In this document: piece by piece, positions 1-7,862 of the stretch
Numbering within the stretch: the stretch's first letter is position 1
Layout: every line of letters starts with the position of its first letter
Assembly: GCA_964533285.1 (NCBI GenBank)
Contig: CAZHLT010000277.1
Location: 1 to 54,243, forward strand
DNA from: an uncultured Conexibacteraceae bacterium
Lineage (GTDB): Bacteria; Actinomycetota; Thermoleophilia; Solirubrobacterales; 70-9
Reading direction: 5' to 3'
DNA length: 54,243 nucleotides
Translations under genes and position numbers: made by a program
The notes under the pieces: model-generated
Told to the model about the DNA's origin: nothing
Seen by the model: the letters and a program-made list of their open reading frames with translations, nothing else
Database searches by the model: none

Positions 1-670
1 TCAGCTCGGCGCTGCCGCCGATCCGGGCGGTGACGGTGCCGTCGGCGGCGAGGTCGAGCGCGGTGACCGGGACGGGTCCGCGGGCGAGCGCGGCGAGGGC
101 GGCGAGGCCCGCCGGCAGGCCCCTCGTCGGGAAGCGCACGGTCGCGGTGGCGGCGGGGCGCGGGAAGACCTTCAACGAGAGCTCGACGACCACCCCGAGC
201 CGGCCGAGGCTGCCGACCATCAGCTTCGGCAGGTCGAAGCCGGCGGCGTTCTTCACCACCCGGCCGCCGCCCGCCGCGAGCCGTCCGCTCCCGTCGAGGA
301 GGCGGTCGCCGACGACGAAGTCGCGGACCCCGGCGGCGAAACCGCCCGGGCCGGTGACGCCGGCGGCGACGGCGCCGCCGATGGTCCCGGCCTCGCCGAG
401 CCGCGGCGGGTCGAAGGGCAGATGCTGGCCGTGCGACGCCAACATGGCGTCGATCTCGGCCAGCCTCGTGCCGGGCCGGGCGGTGAAGGTCAGCTCGGCC
501 GGGTCGTAGTCGACGACGCCGGCGAGGCCGCCGACGTCGAGGGCCCGCGCCGGTCCGCCCGGCCCCGGCAGGGTCGCCGTGTGCGTGCCCCCCGCTACCG
601 GCACCAGCGGCTCGCCTTCGCGCACCGCCTCCTGCACGGCGGCGACATCGGTCGCGATCAGGGCGCTCAC
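1..670 (-). CDS. glcE: Glycolate oxidase FAD-binding subunit GlcE-like; C-terminal part runs off the window edge
   Basis: Not in the ORF track because it is open at the edge. My translation from GTG 670 reads [36 protein letters not shown]...[37 protein letters not shown] (FAD-binding PCMH-type). GTGA start/stop overlap with glcD. Confidence 0.7.
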   Translation of the reverse strand, partial: MSALIATDVAAVQEAVREGEPLVPVAGGTHTATLPGPGGPARALDVGGLAGVVDYDPAELTFTARPGTRLAEIDAMLASHGQHLPFDPPRLGEAGTIGGAVAAGVTGPGGFAAGVRDFVVGDRLLDGSGRLAAGGGRVVKNAAGFDLPKLMVGSLGRLGVVVELSLKVFPRPAATATVRFPTRGLPAGLAALAALARGPVPVTALDLAADGTVTARIGGSAEL

Positions 671-2061
671 GCGGTCGCCGCCGGGGCCAAGCTGAGCATC
701 TTGCCGCGGTTGGCGAGGCGCCCCGGGTCGACCGCGGCGCGCAGGTCCTCCATCAGCGCCAGGTCGTCGGCGGAGAACATCAGCTTCATGTAGTCGCGCT
801 TCTCGACCCCGACGCCGTGCTCGCCCGTGATCGAGCCGCCCAGCTCGACGCAGAGGGCGAGGATGTCGGCGGCCAGCTCCTCGGCGCGGTCGACGGCGCC
901 GTCCACGCGGCCGTCGTAGAGGATCAGCGGGTGGAGGTTGCCGTCGCCGGCGTGGAAGACGTTGGCGACCCGGATCCCGCGCTCGGCGCTGAGGCGGTCG
1001 ATTTCCCGCAGCGCCTCGCCGAGACGGGTGCGCGGCACGACGCCGTCCTGGACGATGTAGTCGGGCGAGAGCCAGCCGACCGCCGAGAAGGCGCTCTTGC
1101 GGCCCTTCCAGATCAGCGCTCGCTCCTCGGGGTCGGCGGTGGTCCGCAGCTCGCCGCAGCCGCAGTCGCGCAGGAGGCCGGCGACCGCGGCGAGCTCCTG
1201 CTCGACCACTTCCTCCTCGCCCTCCAGCTCGACGATCAGGAGCGCCTCGCCCGCCGGGTATTCGGGCTTGACCGACGCCTCCGCGGCCTCGATCGCGAGC
1301 GCGTCCATGATCTCCATCGCGACCGGGACGAGGCCGGCGCCGACGATCGCCGCGACCGCGTCGCCGGCGCGCTCGAGCGAGTCGAAGACGGCGAGCGCGG
1401 TGCGCACCGACTCGGGGACCGGCACCAGCCGCAGCGTCGCCTCGACGGCGATGCCGAAGAGGCCCTCGCAGCCGCAGAACATCCCGGTCCAGTCGGGGCC
1501 GGCGTGCTCGGTCGACTCGCCGCCGAGGTCCACCACCTCGCCGTCGGGGAGGACGACCCGCAGGCCGAGGACGTGGTTGGCGGTCATCCCATGCTTGAGG
1601 CAGTGGGCGCCGCCGGAGTTGAAGGCGAGGTTGCCGCCGATCGTGCAGACCGACTGCGAGGAGGGATCGGGCGCGTAGGCGAGGCCGTAGGGCGCGGCGG
1701 CGGCGCTGACCGCGAGGTTGATCGCCCCCGGCTCGACCACGGCGATCCGGGCATCGGGGTCGACCGAGAGCACGCGGTTGAGGCGGTTGAGGGCGATCAC
1801 GATGCCGCCGTCTACCGGCAGCGAGCCGCCGGACAGCGAGGTGCCGCTGCCGCGGGCGACGAACGGCATCCCAGTCTCGTGACAGAGGCCGACGACAGCC
1901 TCGACCTCGGCGGCGCTCTCGACCACGACGGCGGCGAGCGGGCGCTGGTGGAATGCGGTCAGGGCGTCCGAGCCGAAGGCAGCGAGCTGGGCGTCGGTGG
2001 TGAGGACGCGTGCACCGAGCCCGAGGCTCTGCAAGGCGGCGATGAGACGGTCGGCCTCCAC
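667..2061 (-). CDS. glcD: FAD-linked oxidase, glycolate oxidase subunit GlcD family
   Basis: 464-aa ORF with [47 protein letters not shown] and [18 protein letters not shown], typical of GlcD/D-lactate dehydrogenase FAD oxidases. Confidence 0.85.
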   Translation of the reverse strand: MEADRLIAALQSLGLGARVLTTDAQLAAFGSDALTAFHQRPLAAVVVESAAEVEAVVGLCHETGMPFVARGSGTSLSGGSLPVDGGIVIALNRLNRVLSVDPDARIAVVEPGAINLAVSAAAAPYGLAYAPDPSSQSVCTIGGNLAFNSGGAHCLKHGMTANHVLGLRVVLPDGEVVDLGGESTEHAGPDWTGMFCGCEGLFGIAVEATLRLVPVPESVRTALAVFDSLERAGDAVAAIVGAGLVPVAMEIMDALAIEAAEASVKPEYPAGEALLIVELEGEEEVVEQELAAVAGLLRDCGCGELRTTADPEERALIWKGRKSAFSAVGWLSPDYIVQDGVVPRTRLGEALREIDRLSAERGIRVANVFHAGDGNLHPLILYDGRVDGAVDRAEELAADILALCVELGGSITGEHGVGVEKRDYMKLMFSADDLALMEDLRAAVDPGRLANRGKMLSLAPAATA

Positions 2062-2065
2062 TGTT

Positions 2066-2104
2066 GCATCTATATCGCATCTTTCTTAGCGCAGCAATAG
2101 ATGC
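2066..2104. promoter_or_regulatory. Inverted repeat GCATCTAT-N23-ATAGATGC in the AT-richer divergent region upstream of glcD
   Basis: gcatctat at 2066-2073 and its exact reverse complement atagatgc at 2097-2104, directly upstream of the glcD start (2061). Confidence 0.35.
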
Positions 2105-2316
2105 GGTATGCATGCGCCGCAGCGAGCTCGCCCGCCGCACTGGGCCACCGCGGCGTGAAGGCGTCGACCGGGCACGCCCGGATGACGCACCCGGTGCGCC
2201 CCGGATGCTCACGTCAAAGCAGTGGGCTTGTCGAGTCGCTGGCGCCGCCCAGGCATCTACTGTGTCGCGCGATCAGCGCCACACCGTCAGCCAAACAGCA
2301 CCCGCGGAGGATCACG

Positions 2317-2943
2317 ATGCTCAGCAGCGCTCTGCCCCGTCTCGCCGGCACACTCGCGATCGCGCTGTCCGTGGCGCTGCTCGGAACCGCCTCGCCGCAG
2401 ATCGAGCCGGCCATGGGGCAGGGGGCCGCCGCCCGCGGGCCGGTCGCGCCCTACAGCAAGTGGAAGTGGTTCGAGGACACCTACTGGATCGTCCCCCAGA
2501 GAGGGATCTACTCGATCCTGCACCTCGAAGAAGGCAACCGGTTCGTCGTCGTCCGCGGACAGACCGTCTTCCACATCACCGACTACTTCAACGGCTACTG
2601 GACCGGAGCCGTCGTCGTCAAACTCTCCCGCGCCCTGGTCCCCAGCTGCCAGTACGTGCTCGGCCAGGTCACCCCGGAGAGTCGCGTCGCGATGACCATG
2701 TACGACGCCAGCGACGGCAGCGTCGTCAACTACCCGACCGGCACGATGGTGAAGAAGAGGGGCAAGTGGACCATGGTCAACGAGATGACCAACGTCGTCC
2801 AAGGCGGCACCCTGAGCCACTGGGCCTACATGGTCCAGTCCAAGCGCGGCGACCGCACGTGGGACAACCTGCCGTTTGCGCACCAGTCCATCCCGGAATT
2901 CATGTCCGCCTGCCCCGACGGGCCGCAGATCCACGAAGCCTGA
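2317..2943 (+). CDS. Secreted hypothetical protein (N-terminal signal peptide)
   Basis: Internal ATG of ORF 2101..2943 gives MLSSALPRLAGTLAIALSVALLGTASPQ, a hydrophobic signal-like N-terminus. The rest is W/Y-rich with no motif I can name. Confidence 0.55.
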   Translation: MLSSALPRLAGTLAIALSVALLGTASPQIEPAMGQGAAARGPVAPYSKWKWFEDTYWIVPQRGIYSILHLEEGNRFVVVRGQTVFHITDYFNGYWTGAVVVKLSRALVPSCQYVLGQVTPESRVAMTMYDASDGSVVNYPTGTMVKKRGKWTMVNEMTNVVQGGTLSHWAYMVQSKRGDRTWDNLPFAHQSIPEFMSACPDGPQIHEA

Positions 2944-3062
2944 CGGCGCCCGCCGGCTCGGCTGGAAGGCCGGCTTCGGCTCGGCGACCCCACCCCGCAT
3001 GGCGAACCTGCTCGCGGAGTCCGAGGACGGCCTCCGCAGCGGAGACGTGATCATCACCGGTT

Positions 3063-3203
3063 ATGGCCGAGTCCCAGTCCTGGCTGCTCTTCATCTACAA
3101 GATCCCGAGCGAGCCGAGCCGGCTGCGGGCGACGGTGTGGCGCCGCCTCAAAGGCCTCGGGGCGATCTACCTGCAGAACTCATGGCACTCGACGGGTGCC
3201 TGA
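3063..3203 (+). pseudogene. ChrB N-terminal domain fragment (46 codons)
   Basis: My translation MAESQSWLLFIYKIPSEPSRLRATVWRRLKGLGAIYLQNS.. matches the conserved start of chromate-resistance ChrB proteins, then breaks off. Too short for the ORF track. Confidence 0.45.
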
Positions 3204-3366
3204 GGCCTCGCCCACCGCAAACCTCGCAGCAACGATCCGCGTCCTCGTAGACCTGCCGGCGGATCCGATCCCAGTCCTTGGGGGGAACCTGATCTCGCAC
3301 ATTGGAGAACCAGCACGTCTGGGGGACGAGCTCAATGGTCAGCCTCGGCTCACTCCCTGCCTCCAT
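3148..3366 (-). pseudogene. Small HNH-type endonuclease fragment, frameshifted and truncated
   Basis: LTIELVPQTCWFSNVRDQVPPKDWDRIRRQVYEDADRCCEVCGG. The expected continuation PVECHEF appears only in the +1 frame after a CCC run (plus-strand GGG 3194-3196) and stops at once. It overlaps the ChrB fragment convergently. Confidence 0.45.
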
Positions 3367-3662
3367 GCTCTTGATGAGGCCACTCGATCGCTCCGGCGGC
3401 TAACGAGGATCTCCTTTGCAGGCGACGCCACGATGGCGGATCGTGGCCACCCGAACGGTCTTCTCCCGTCGGTCAGTTGATAGAGGATCCGATACGCCCC
3501 TACTCGCAAGGAATACAGCCCGCGCAGCTTTCCTCGGAGCGGATGCCCGGCTCGCGGTTCGCGCTCCGGCAGCCCGAGGGCATCCTCGATTGCATCGATC
3601 AGCGGCCAGCCCAGCTCCAGCAACTCGCCACGTGCGCGGCGAGCGAGAACGAGTCGCGCCAC
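3339..3662 (-). CDS. relE: RelE/ParE-family toxin with an apparent -1 frameshift near the 3' end
   Basis: GTG start. GHPLRGKLRGLYSLRVGAYRILYQL is a RelE/ParE core. The canonical end EKTVRVATIRHRGVA..* is read only after adding one G at plus-strand 3464-3466 (stop would be 3400-3402; 3400..3662 is 263 nt, 3n-1). Confidence 0.7.
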   Translation of the reverse strand: MARLVLARRARGELLELGWPLIDAIEDALGLPEREPRAGHPLRGKLRGLYSLRVGAYRILYQLTDGRRPFGWPRSAIVASPAKEILVSRRSDRVASSRAWRQGVSRG

Positions 3663-3665
3663 CGA

Positions 3666-3953
3666 TCAGCCAGTGGCCGGCCGGCGCTCGGCCAGTTCGC
3701 TTCGAAGCTCGGCGAGGGTAAGCGTCTCGCCCCGCTCGATCTCGGCAAGACCCGCCTCCAGCGCGGAGAGGGCGTCGGAGTCGGACAGGATCTCGGCCGT
3801 CTCCTCCAGCGCCTCGTACTCGTCGATCGGGATCAGAGCGGCAGCCGGCGCGCCATTTCGGGTCACGAGCACGTGATCTCGCCGATTGCTCACGTCATCG
3901 AGCAGGCTGCTCAGATTGCTGCGGAGCTCGCGGACCGGGACAGTCTTAGCCAT
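3666..3953 (-). CDS. Phd/YefM-family antitoxin
   Basis: Internal ATG 3953 gives MAKTVPVRELRSNLSSLLDDVSNRRDHVLVTRNGAPAAALIPIDEYEALEETAEIL. It ends 3 nt before the toxin start. Confidence 0.8.
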   Translation of the reverse strand: MAKTVPVRELRSNLSSLLDDVSNRRDHVLVTRNGAPAAALIPIDEYEALEETAEILSDSDALSALEAGLAEIERGETLTLAELRSELAERRPATG

Positions 3954-4146
3954 GAGAGCCCCGTGTGCACCGTTGCGTACACGCCGACAGACCGGCTCAC
4001 AAAGGAGCGCTGCCGAGTATCCGGTTCCGTCAGGTGAGTTGGTCGACCTCGTCCGACAGGGCGTCGCGCAGCGCGTCGGCCGGGCGGCCGAGAAGCGCTC
4101 GCGACGTTGACGACGCCTGAGCGTGGTCAATATCGCGAGCGCCGAT

Positions 4147-4196
4147 CGCGCATCCGACCTTCACCCCAGTCAGGTGTGGTCAGTGTCGGATGCGCG
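4147..4196. repeat. 12-bp perfect inverted repeat (cgcgcatccgac / gtcggatgcgcg) with a 26-nt spacer
   Basis: 4147-4158 and 4185-4196 are exact reverse complements. They lie in the lower-GC intergenic region between the phd-relE promoter side and the 4268 gene. Confidence 0.5.
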
Positions 4197-4267
4197 TTTC
4201 GCTGTCGAATCTGGGCCTGAGCGAACCGGATACTCATGAGAAGCGCTATTTGTTCTGCCCCTTATAA

Positions 4268-4609
4268 ATGCCGGAGCTAGAGATTCTCAGCCGCTCCCGG
4301 GCCAATTCTGCCGTAGGCGATCATTGGCTGCCGATCCTCAGCATTCTTTTGGAAGAAGGCGGCTCGGCTGCCGCAAGCGACGTAGTCCAGGCACTCGACG
4401 AGCGGATAGGCGACCTCCTTAACGATCGGGATCGAGAGGTTCTTCGGGATGGCGAGGTTCGCTGGCGCAATCGGGCTCGGTTCGCGCGACTACGAATGAA
4501 GGAGCGTGGGCTTCTTAGCGACACCTCCCATCGAGGGATATGGGAGATCACTGACTCTGGCCGTGAGTACTTCGCACAGCATGGCAAGCCTGGACGCCAG
4601 GGCGATTGA
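4268..4609 (+). CDS. Stand-alone winged-helix protein resembling the N-terminal domain of Mrr restriction proteins (Mrr_N)
   Basis: 113 aa. WLPILSILLEEGGSAAASDVVQALDERIGDLL...EVRWRNRARFARLRMKERGLLSDTSHRGIWEITDSGREY follows the Mrr_N pattern. No nuclease domain follows. Confidence 0.55.
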   Translation: MPELEILSRSRANSAVGDHWLPILSILLEEGGSAAASDVVQALDERIGDLLNDRDREVLRDGEVRWRNRARFARLRMKERGLLSDTSHRGIWEITDSGREYFAQHGKPGRQGD

Positions 4610-4649
4610 GAGGCGAAGTCTCGAGTCGCATCTCAACGAAGGCATCCTG

Positions 4650-4937
4650 AACAAGGCCCGAGCAGGGGCTGCCGAAGAAGACGACCGATCGCCACGAGGG
4701 CGCCGACATTGAAGGCTACGTCTCGACGATGAAGAGGGCGGGGCGCTCGCCAAGACGATCAGCAACCACCTGAACTTCCTCCACGGTCTCTTCGCCTTCG
4801 TGGTGAAGCGCGGCTGGGCGCCGGGCAACGCTGTCGCCGAAGCCGAGCGGCCGCGGGCCGACGGCGTCGACCCCGACATCCGCTTTATCGACCTAGAGGA
4901 GCTCGATGCGCCTCCCGTCGCTCAGATGGACGGATAG
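4650..4937 (+). pseudogene. Tyrosine recombinase fragment (N-terminal SAM-like domain only)
   Basis: My translation ..EGYVSTMKRAGRSPKTISNHLNFLHGLFAFVVKRGWAPGNAVAEAERPRADGVDPDIRFIDLEELDA.. aligns with residues of the intact integrase at 47089..48300 (NQLVFLHGFFAFALKRGWVALNPVPAVERPRARTADPDIRYLELAEVEA). No catalytic domain follows. Confidence 0.65.
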
Positions 4938-4988
4938 CGGGAGTCAGTGGTGGATATCTACGGGATATCGACCAGCTACAATGCCAGC

Positions 4989-5252
4989 ATGGCAAAGGCG
5001 ACGAAGGTGCTTGTGACGATTCCCGACGACCTGCTGGAGCGGATCGACCGCGAAACCGAGATTCTCGGCCAGACCCGCAGCGACTTCCTCCAAGAGGCAG
5101 CGCGGCGCCGGCTCGGTTGGCCCGACCCCCTCGCGGTCGACGCGGCGCTACTGCGCGGCCGCGCCGCCCTGGCCGGGCTGGGCAGCTTCGAGTCGGCCGA
5201 GGTGATCCGCTCCCAGCGGGAGGAGCGCGATGCCCGCGATCAGCGTCGTTAG
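4989..5252 (+). CDS. vapB: Ribbon-helix-helix (CopG/VapB-type) antitoxin
   Basis: MAKATKVLVTIPDDLLERIDRETEILGQTRSDFLQEAARRRL. It overlaps the PIN gene start. Confidence 0.7.
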   Translation: MAKATKVLVTIPDDLLERIDRETEILGQTRSDFLQEAARRRLGWPDPLAVDAALLRGRAALAGLGSFESAEVIRSQREERDARDQRR

Positions 5253-5682
5253 CGACGCCAACATCGTCCTCAAGTGGTTTCACTCCGAGGGCGAGGAGGA
5301 AGTCGAGCCCGCCCGCGCTCTGCTCGACGCCCACAAGGAACGGACCGTGGCGCTCTCGGTTCTCGACCTGACCGCCTATGAGGTCGGCAACGCCCTGATG
5401 CGGGGCCGGGCCGGCGCCAGCGCCGAGCAGGCGGCGACGGTGATCGAAGCCCTGGCCGAGGTCTGCCCGGCGCTGCGCCCGAGCCCCGAGGAGATGCGGG
5501 AGGCGAGCGAGCTGGCCGGGCGCCACGACCTCACTCTCTACGACGCCGCCTACGCGGCGGTTGCCCAAAGTCGCTCCGCCGAGCTGGTGACCCTGGACAG
5601 TGCCCTGCTGGGCGCCAAGCTCGGCCGCCGGCCGAGCGAGCTGGCCGACGCCATCGCCAAGGCCGAGGAGGAGCAGCGATGA
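5230..5682 (+). CDS. vapC: PIN-domain toxin VapC
   Basis: 150 aa. SDANIVLKWF...LDLTAYEVGNAL...LYDAAYAAVAQSRSAELVTLD carries the PIN acidic-residue pattern. Confidence 0.8.
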   Translation: MPAISVVSDANIVLKWFHSEGEEEVEPARALLDAHKERTVALSVLDLTAYEVGNALMRGRAGASAEQAATVIEALAEVCPALRPSPEEMREASELAGRHDLTLYDAAYAAVAQSRSAELVTLDSALLGAKLGRRPSELADAIAKAEEEQR

Positions 5683-5759
5683 GAGTTGCCTTCTACGGGC
5701 GCGTCTCCGACGACGACGCCCAAGACCCCTCCCTCTCGATCCCCCGCCAGCTCGGCTAA
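5679..5759 (+). pseudogene. Serine recombinase N-terminal stub (26 codons)
   Basis: ATGA overlap with the vapC stop. MRVAFYGRVSDDDAQDPSLSIPRQLG* resembles the catalytic-Ser N-terminus of resolvase/large serine recombinases (..YxRVS..), then stops. Confidence 0.4.
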
Positions 5760-5764
5760 TGTGA

Positions 5765-6367
5765 TCAGGGGGCAAGGAGCGCGGCCAGCTCGGGACCGAG
5801 GGCGGGAAGGCGCTCGGACTCGCCGGCGCGCAGGTGGACGGAGGCGAGCGCGAGCGCGCCCTCCAGGCCGAAGCGCTGCCGGACCGCACTCCCCCGCCCG
5901 GCCCCGCCGGCGGGACGCGGCGGCCGGGTGCGGGCGAGGAGGGAAGCGAGGCGGTCGAGCAGCGCCGCGCGGGCGTGGGCGACGGCGGGCACGGCGGCGA
6001 GCTCGGGACCGAGCAGGCAGGAGAAGCTCGGCTCGGCGGCGAGGAAGCGCAGGGCGGCGTCGAGGGGAGCGGCGATCGAAGCGGAGCCGGAGCGGTGAAG
6101 CGGCGGCCGGCAGGCGCCGGCGAGGACGTCGAGGAGCGAGTCGGCGAAGGTCTGGAAGGCGGCGAGCAGGCAGGCGTCGAGGTCGGCGAAGTGGCGGTAG
6201 AAGGTCGTCGAGGAGACACCGGCGCGGCGGGCGATCAGGTAGGCGGTGGTGTCCGCGTAGCCGCGCTCGGCGAGCGTCGCGGCGGCGGCGGTCAGCAGGC
6301 GCCAGCGCTGGCTCTCGGCGAGGATCGCGGCGGCTGGGCGGCGGTCCTGCGCGCGGCGGGCGCCCAC
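5765..6367 (-). CDS. TetR/AcrR-family transcriptional regulator
   Basis: HTH segment LLTAAAATLAERGYADTTAYLIARRAGVSSTTFYRHFADLDACLLAAF. Confidence 0.8.
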   Translation of the reverse strand: MGARRAQDRRPAAAILAESQRWRLLTAAAATLAERGYADTTAYLIARRAGVSSTTFYRHFADLDACLLAAFQTFADSLLDVLAGACRPPLHRSGSASIAAPLDAALRFLAAEPSFSCLLGPELAAVPAVAHARAALLDRLASLLARTRPPRPAGGAGRGSAVRQRFGLEGALALASVHLRAGESERLPALGPELAALLAP

Positions 6368-6369
6368 GC

Positions 6370-6768
6370 TCAGCCCCAGGGCGCGGCGATCAGGATCGCC
6401 CAGCGGCCTGCCTCGTTGGCGAGGACGAGGGTGGCGGTGCTGGAGCGCTCGAAGCGCTCGCCGGCGGCGGAGCCGGTGCGCCGCCAGTACTGGGTGGCGA
6501 GGGCGAGCTGGCCGGCGAGGACGGTGCGGCCGAGGCGGATCGCGAGCCGGACCTCGGAGCTGGTGAGCTGGTCGAGGACGGCGCGGATCGCGGCGGCGCC
6601 AGCGACCTCGGTGCCGTCGGCGGTCAGCAGGCGGGCGTGGGCGCCGAAGCAGGCGGCGGCCACGGCGGCGTCGCCGCGCATCAGCGCAGCGGCGAAGAGC
6701 GCCGCCAGCTCGGCGGCCCCGGCATCGCCAGCGGGCGCGCGGGTGGGATGCGGGTTGGCGTCAGGCAC
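6370..6768 (-). CDS. SnoaL-like / NTF2-fold (DUF4440-type) protein
   Basis: ..LFAAALMRGDAAVAAACFGAHARLLTADGTEVAGAAAIRAVLDQL...ATLVLANEAGRWAILIAAPWG. Start placed at GTG 6768 (GTGCCTGA overlap with the upstream TetR stop). The ORF is open to 6822. Confidence 0.55.
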   Translation of the reverse strand: MPDANPHPTRAPAGDAGAAELAALFAAALMRGDAAVAAACFGAHARLLTADGTEVAGAAAIRAVLDQLTSSEVRLAIRLGRTVLAGQLALATQYWRRTGSAAGERFERSSTATLVLANEAGRWAILIAAPWG

Positions 6769-7447
6769 GGCGCGCGGACGCCGCGAGGGGGTCGAGGCGG
6801 GCGGCGTCGAGCTCGGCCTCACCGCGGTAAGGGGCGAGAACGAACTCGGCGAGCGGCTCGATCAGCGAATGGAGCTCGGAGCGGCGCCCGGCGGCAAGGC
6901 GGCGGGCGAGCACCGAGAGGACCCCGCTGACGAGCAGGTCCTCGGTGGAGCCCGAGCGCTCGCGCCCCGGCGGGGCGGCCGCGCGCAGGCGGGCGGCGAG
7001 GAGGTCGGAGAAGGCGAGCTGAGGCGCAACTCCGTCGGGACCAGCAGCGAAGGCGTCGATCAGGCAGACGTGAGCCAGCGCCGGGTTGGCGGCAAGCCAG
7101 CCGACGAGGGCGAGGAGAGCGGCGCGGACGCGCCGGGGGAAGCTCGGCCCGGCGGCGATGCAGGCCTCTTCGATCTCGGCCTCGGCCGCTTCGAAGCCGC
7201 CGCGCAGCAGGGCGCGGAAGGCGTCGTCCTTGTTCTCGAAGTACTCGTAGAAGCCGCTGCGGGACGTGCGGGCGGCCTTGACGACGTGGTCGATTGTGAT
7301 CTTGCGGTAGCCGTGCTGTGCTGTCGCCTCGGCGAAGGCGGCGAGGAAGCGCTCGCGGCGGAAGCTGTCGAGCACCTCGCGGCTGAGCAGCGGGCGCCGG
7401 GATGGCTGCGGCGGAACCGAAGCGCGCCCTGACGGCTCGGATCTCAC
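6761..7447 (-). CDS. TetR-family transcriptional regulator
   Basis: FLAAFAEATAQHGYRKITIDHVVKAARTSRSGFYEYFENKDDAF. Start placed at GTG 7447. The ORF-track start 7696 adds a low-complexity P/R-rich extension that does not look real. Confidence 0.75.
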   Translation of the reverse strand: MRSEPSGRASVPPQPSRRPLLSREVLDSFRRERFLAAFAEATAQHGYRKITIDHVVKAARTSRSGFYEYFENKDDAFRALLRGGFEAAEAEIEEACIAAGPSFPRRVRAALLALVGWLAANPALAHVCLIDAFAAGPDGVAPQLAFSDLLAARLRAAAPPGRERSGSTEDLLVSGVLSVLARRLAAGRRSELHSLIEPLAEFVLAPYRGEAELDAARLDPLAASARRA

Positions 7448-7862
7448 CGATGCGCTTGGGCTGCGCGCCGCGCCTGCGGCGCGGGGGCAGCCGCGCCGCG
7501 GGCGAGACGCTGGGGTGGCCGGGCGAAGATCGCCCAACTGCGCTGTCCCGCGAGGAGGGGTGCCGGGCGGCGGGTGCCGCGGACGGGGATCATCATCAGC
7601 CCGACACCCGCACGCCCAGCAGGCAAGCGGCCCTGGAAATCGGCACGCGAGGGGCTCGCGCTCTGGCGCCGCTTGGGGTTTTGGGAACACGGCCACTCCG
7701 GCAGGGAGGACGAAACGGCCGCCCGGCCTCGCCCGCCAGAGAGCGAGGGCCGTCGACGCTCACCGCCGATGCGGCGAGCGGGAAGAGCGAAGGGAACGGA
7801 GCAAGGCGACGTCGGCGCATGGGAGCGCCCCACGCCCGTTGTCACCTGCGAGCCCATCTCGA

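Noticed and set aside
817-2100. Long plus-strand ORF (427 aa) antisense to glcD. Similar long ORFs occur at 5686..6930, 5834..7432, 7515..9203, 13169..15007, 37058..39289, 38529..40796, 22996..24309 and 50060..51202.
   Set aside because: Their translations are low-complexity and rich in R/G/A/D/P, and they lie exactly opposite genes with clear family motifs. These are classic shadow ORFs of high-GC DNA.
4885-6219. 444-aa minus-strand ORF spanning the vapBC and TetR region.
   Set aside because: The translation is proline/serine/arginine-rich with no motifs. It overlaps two well-supported plus-strand TA genes and runs out of frame through the TetR gene.
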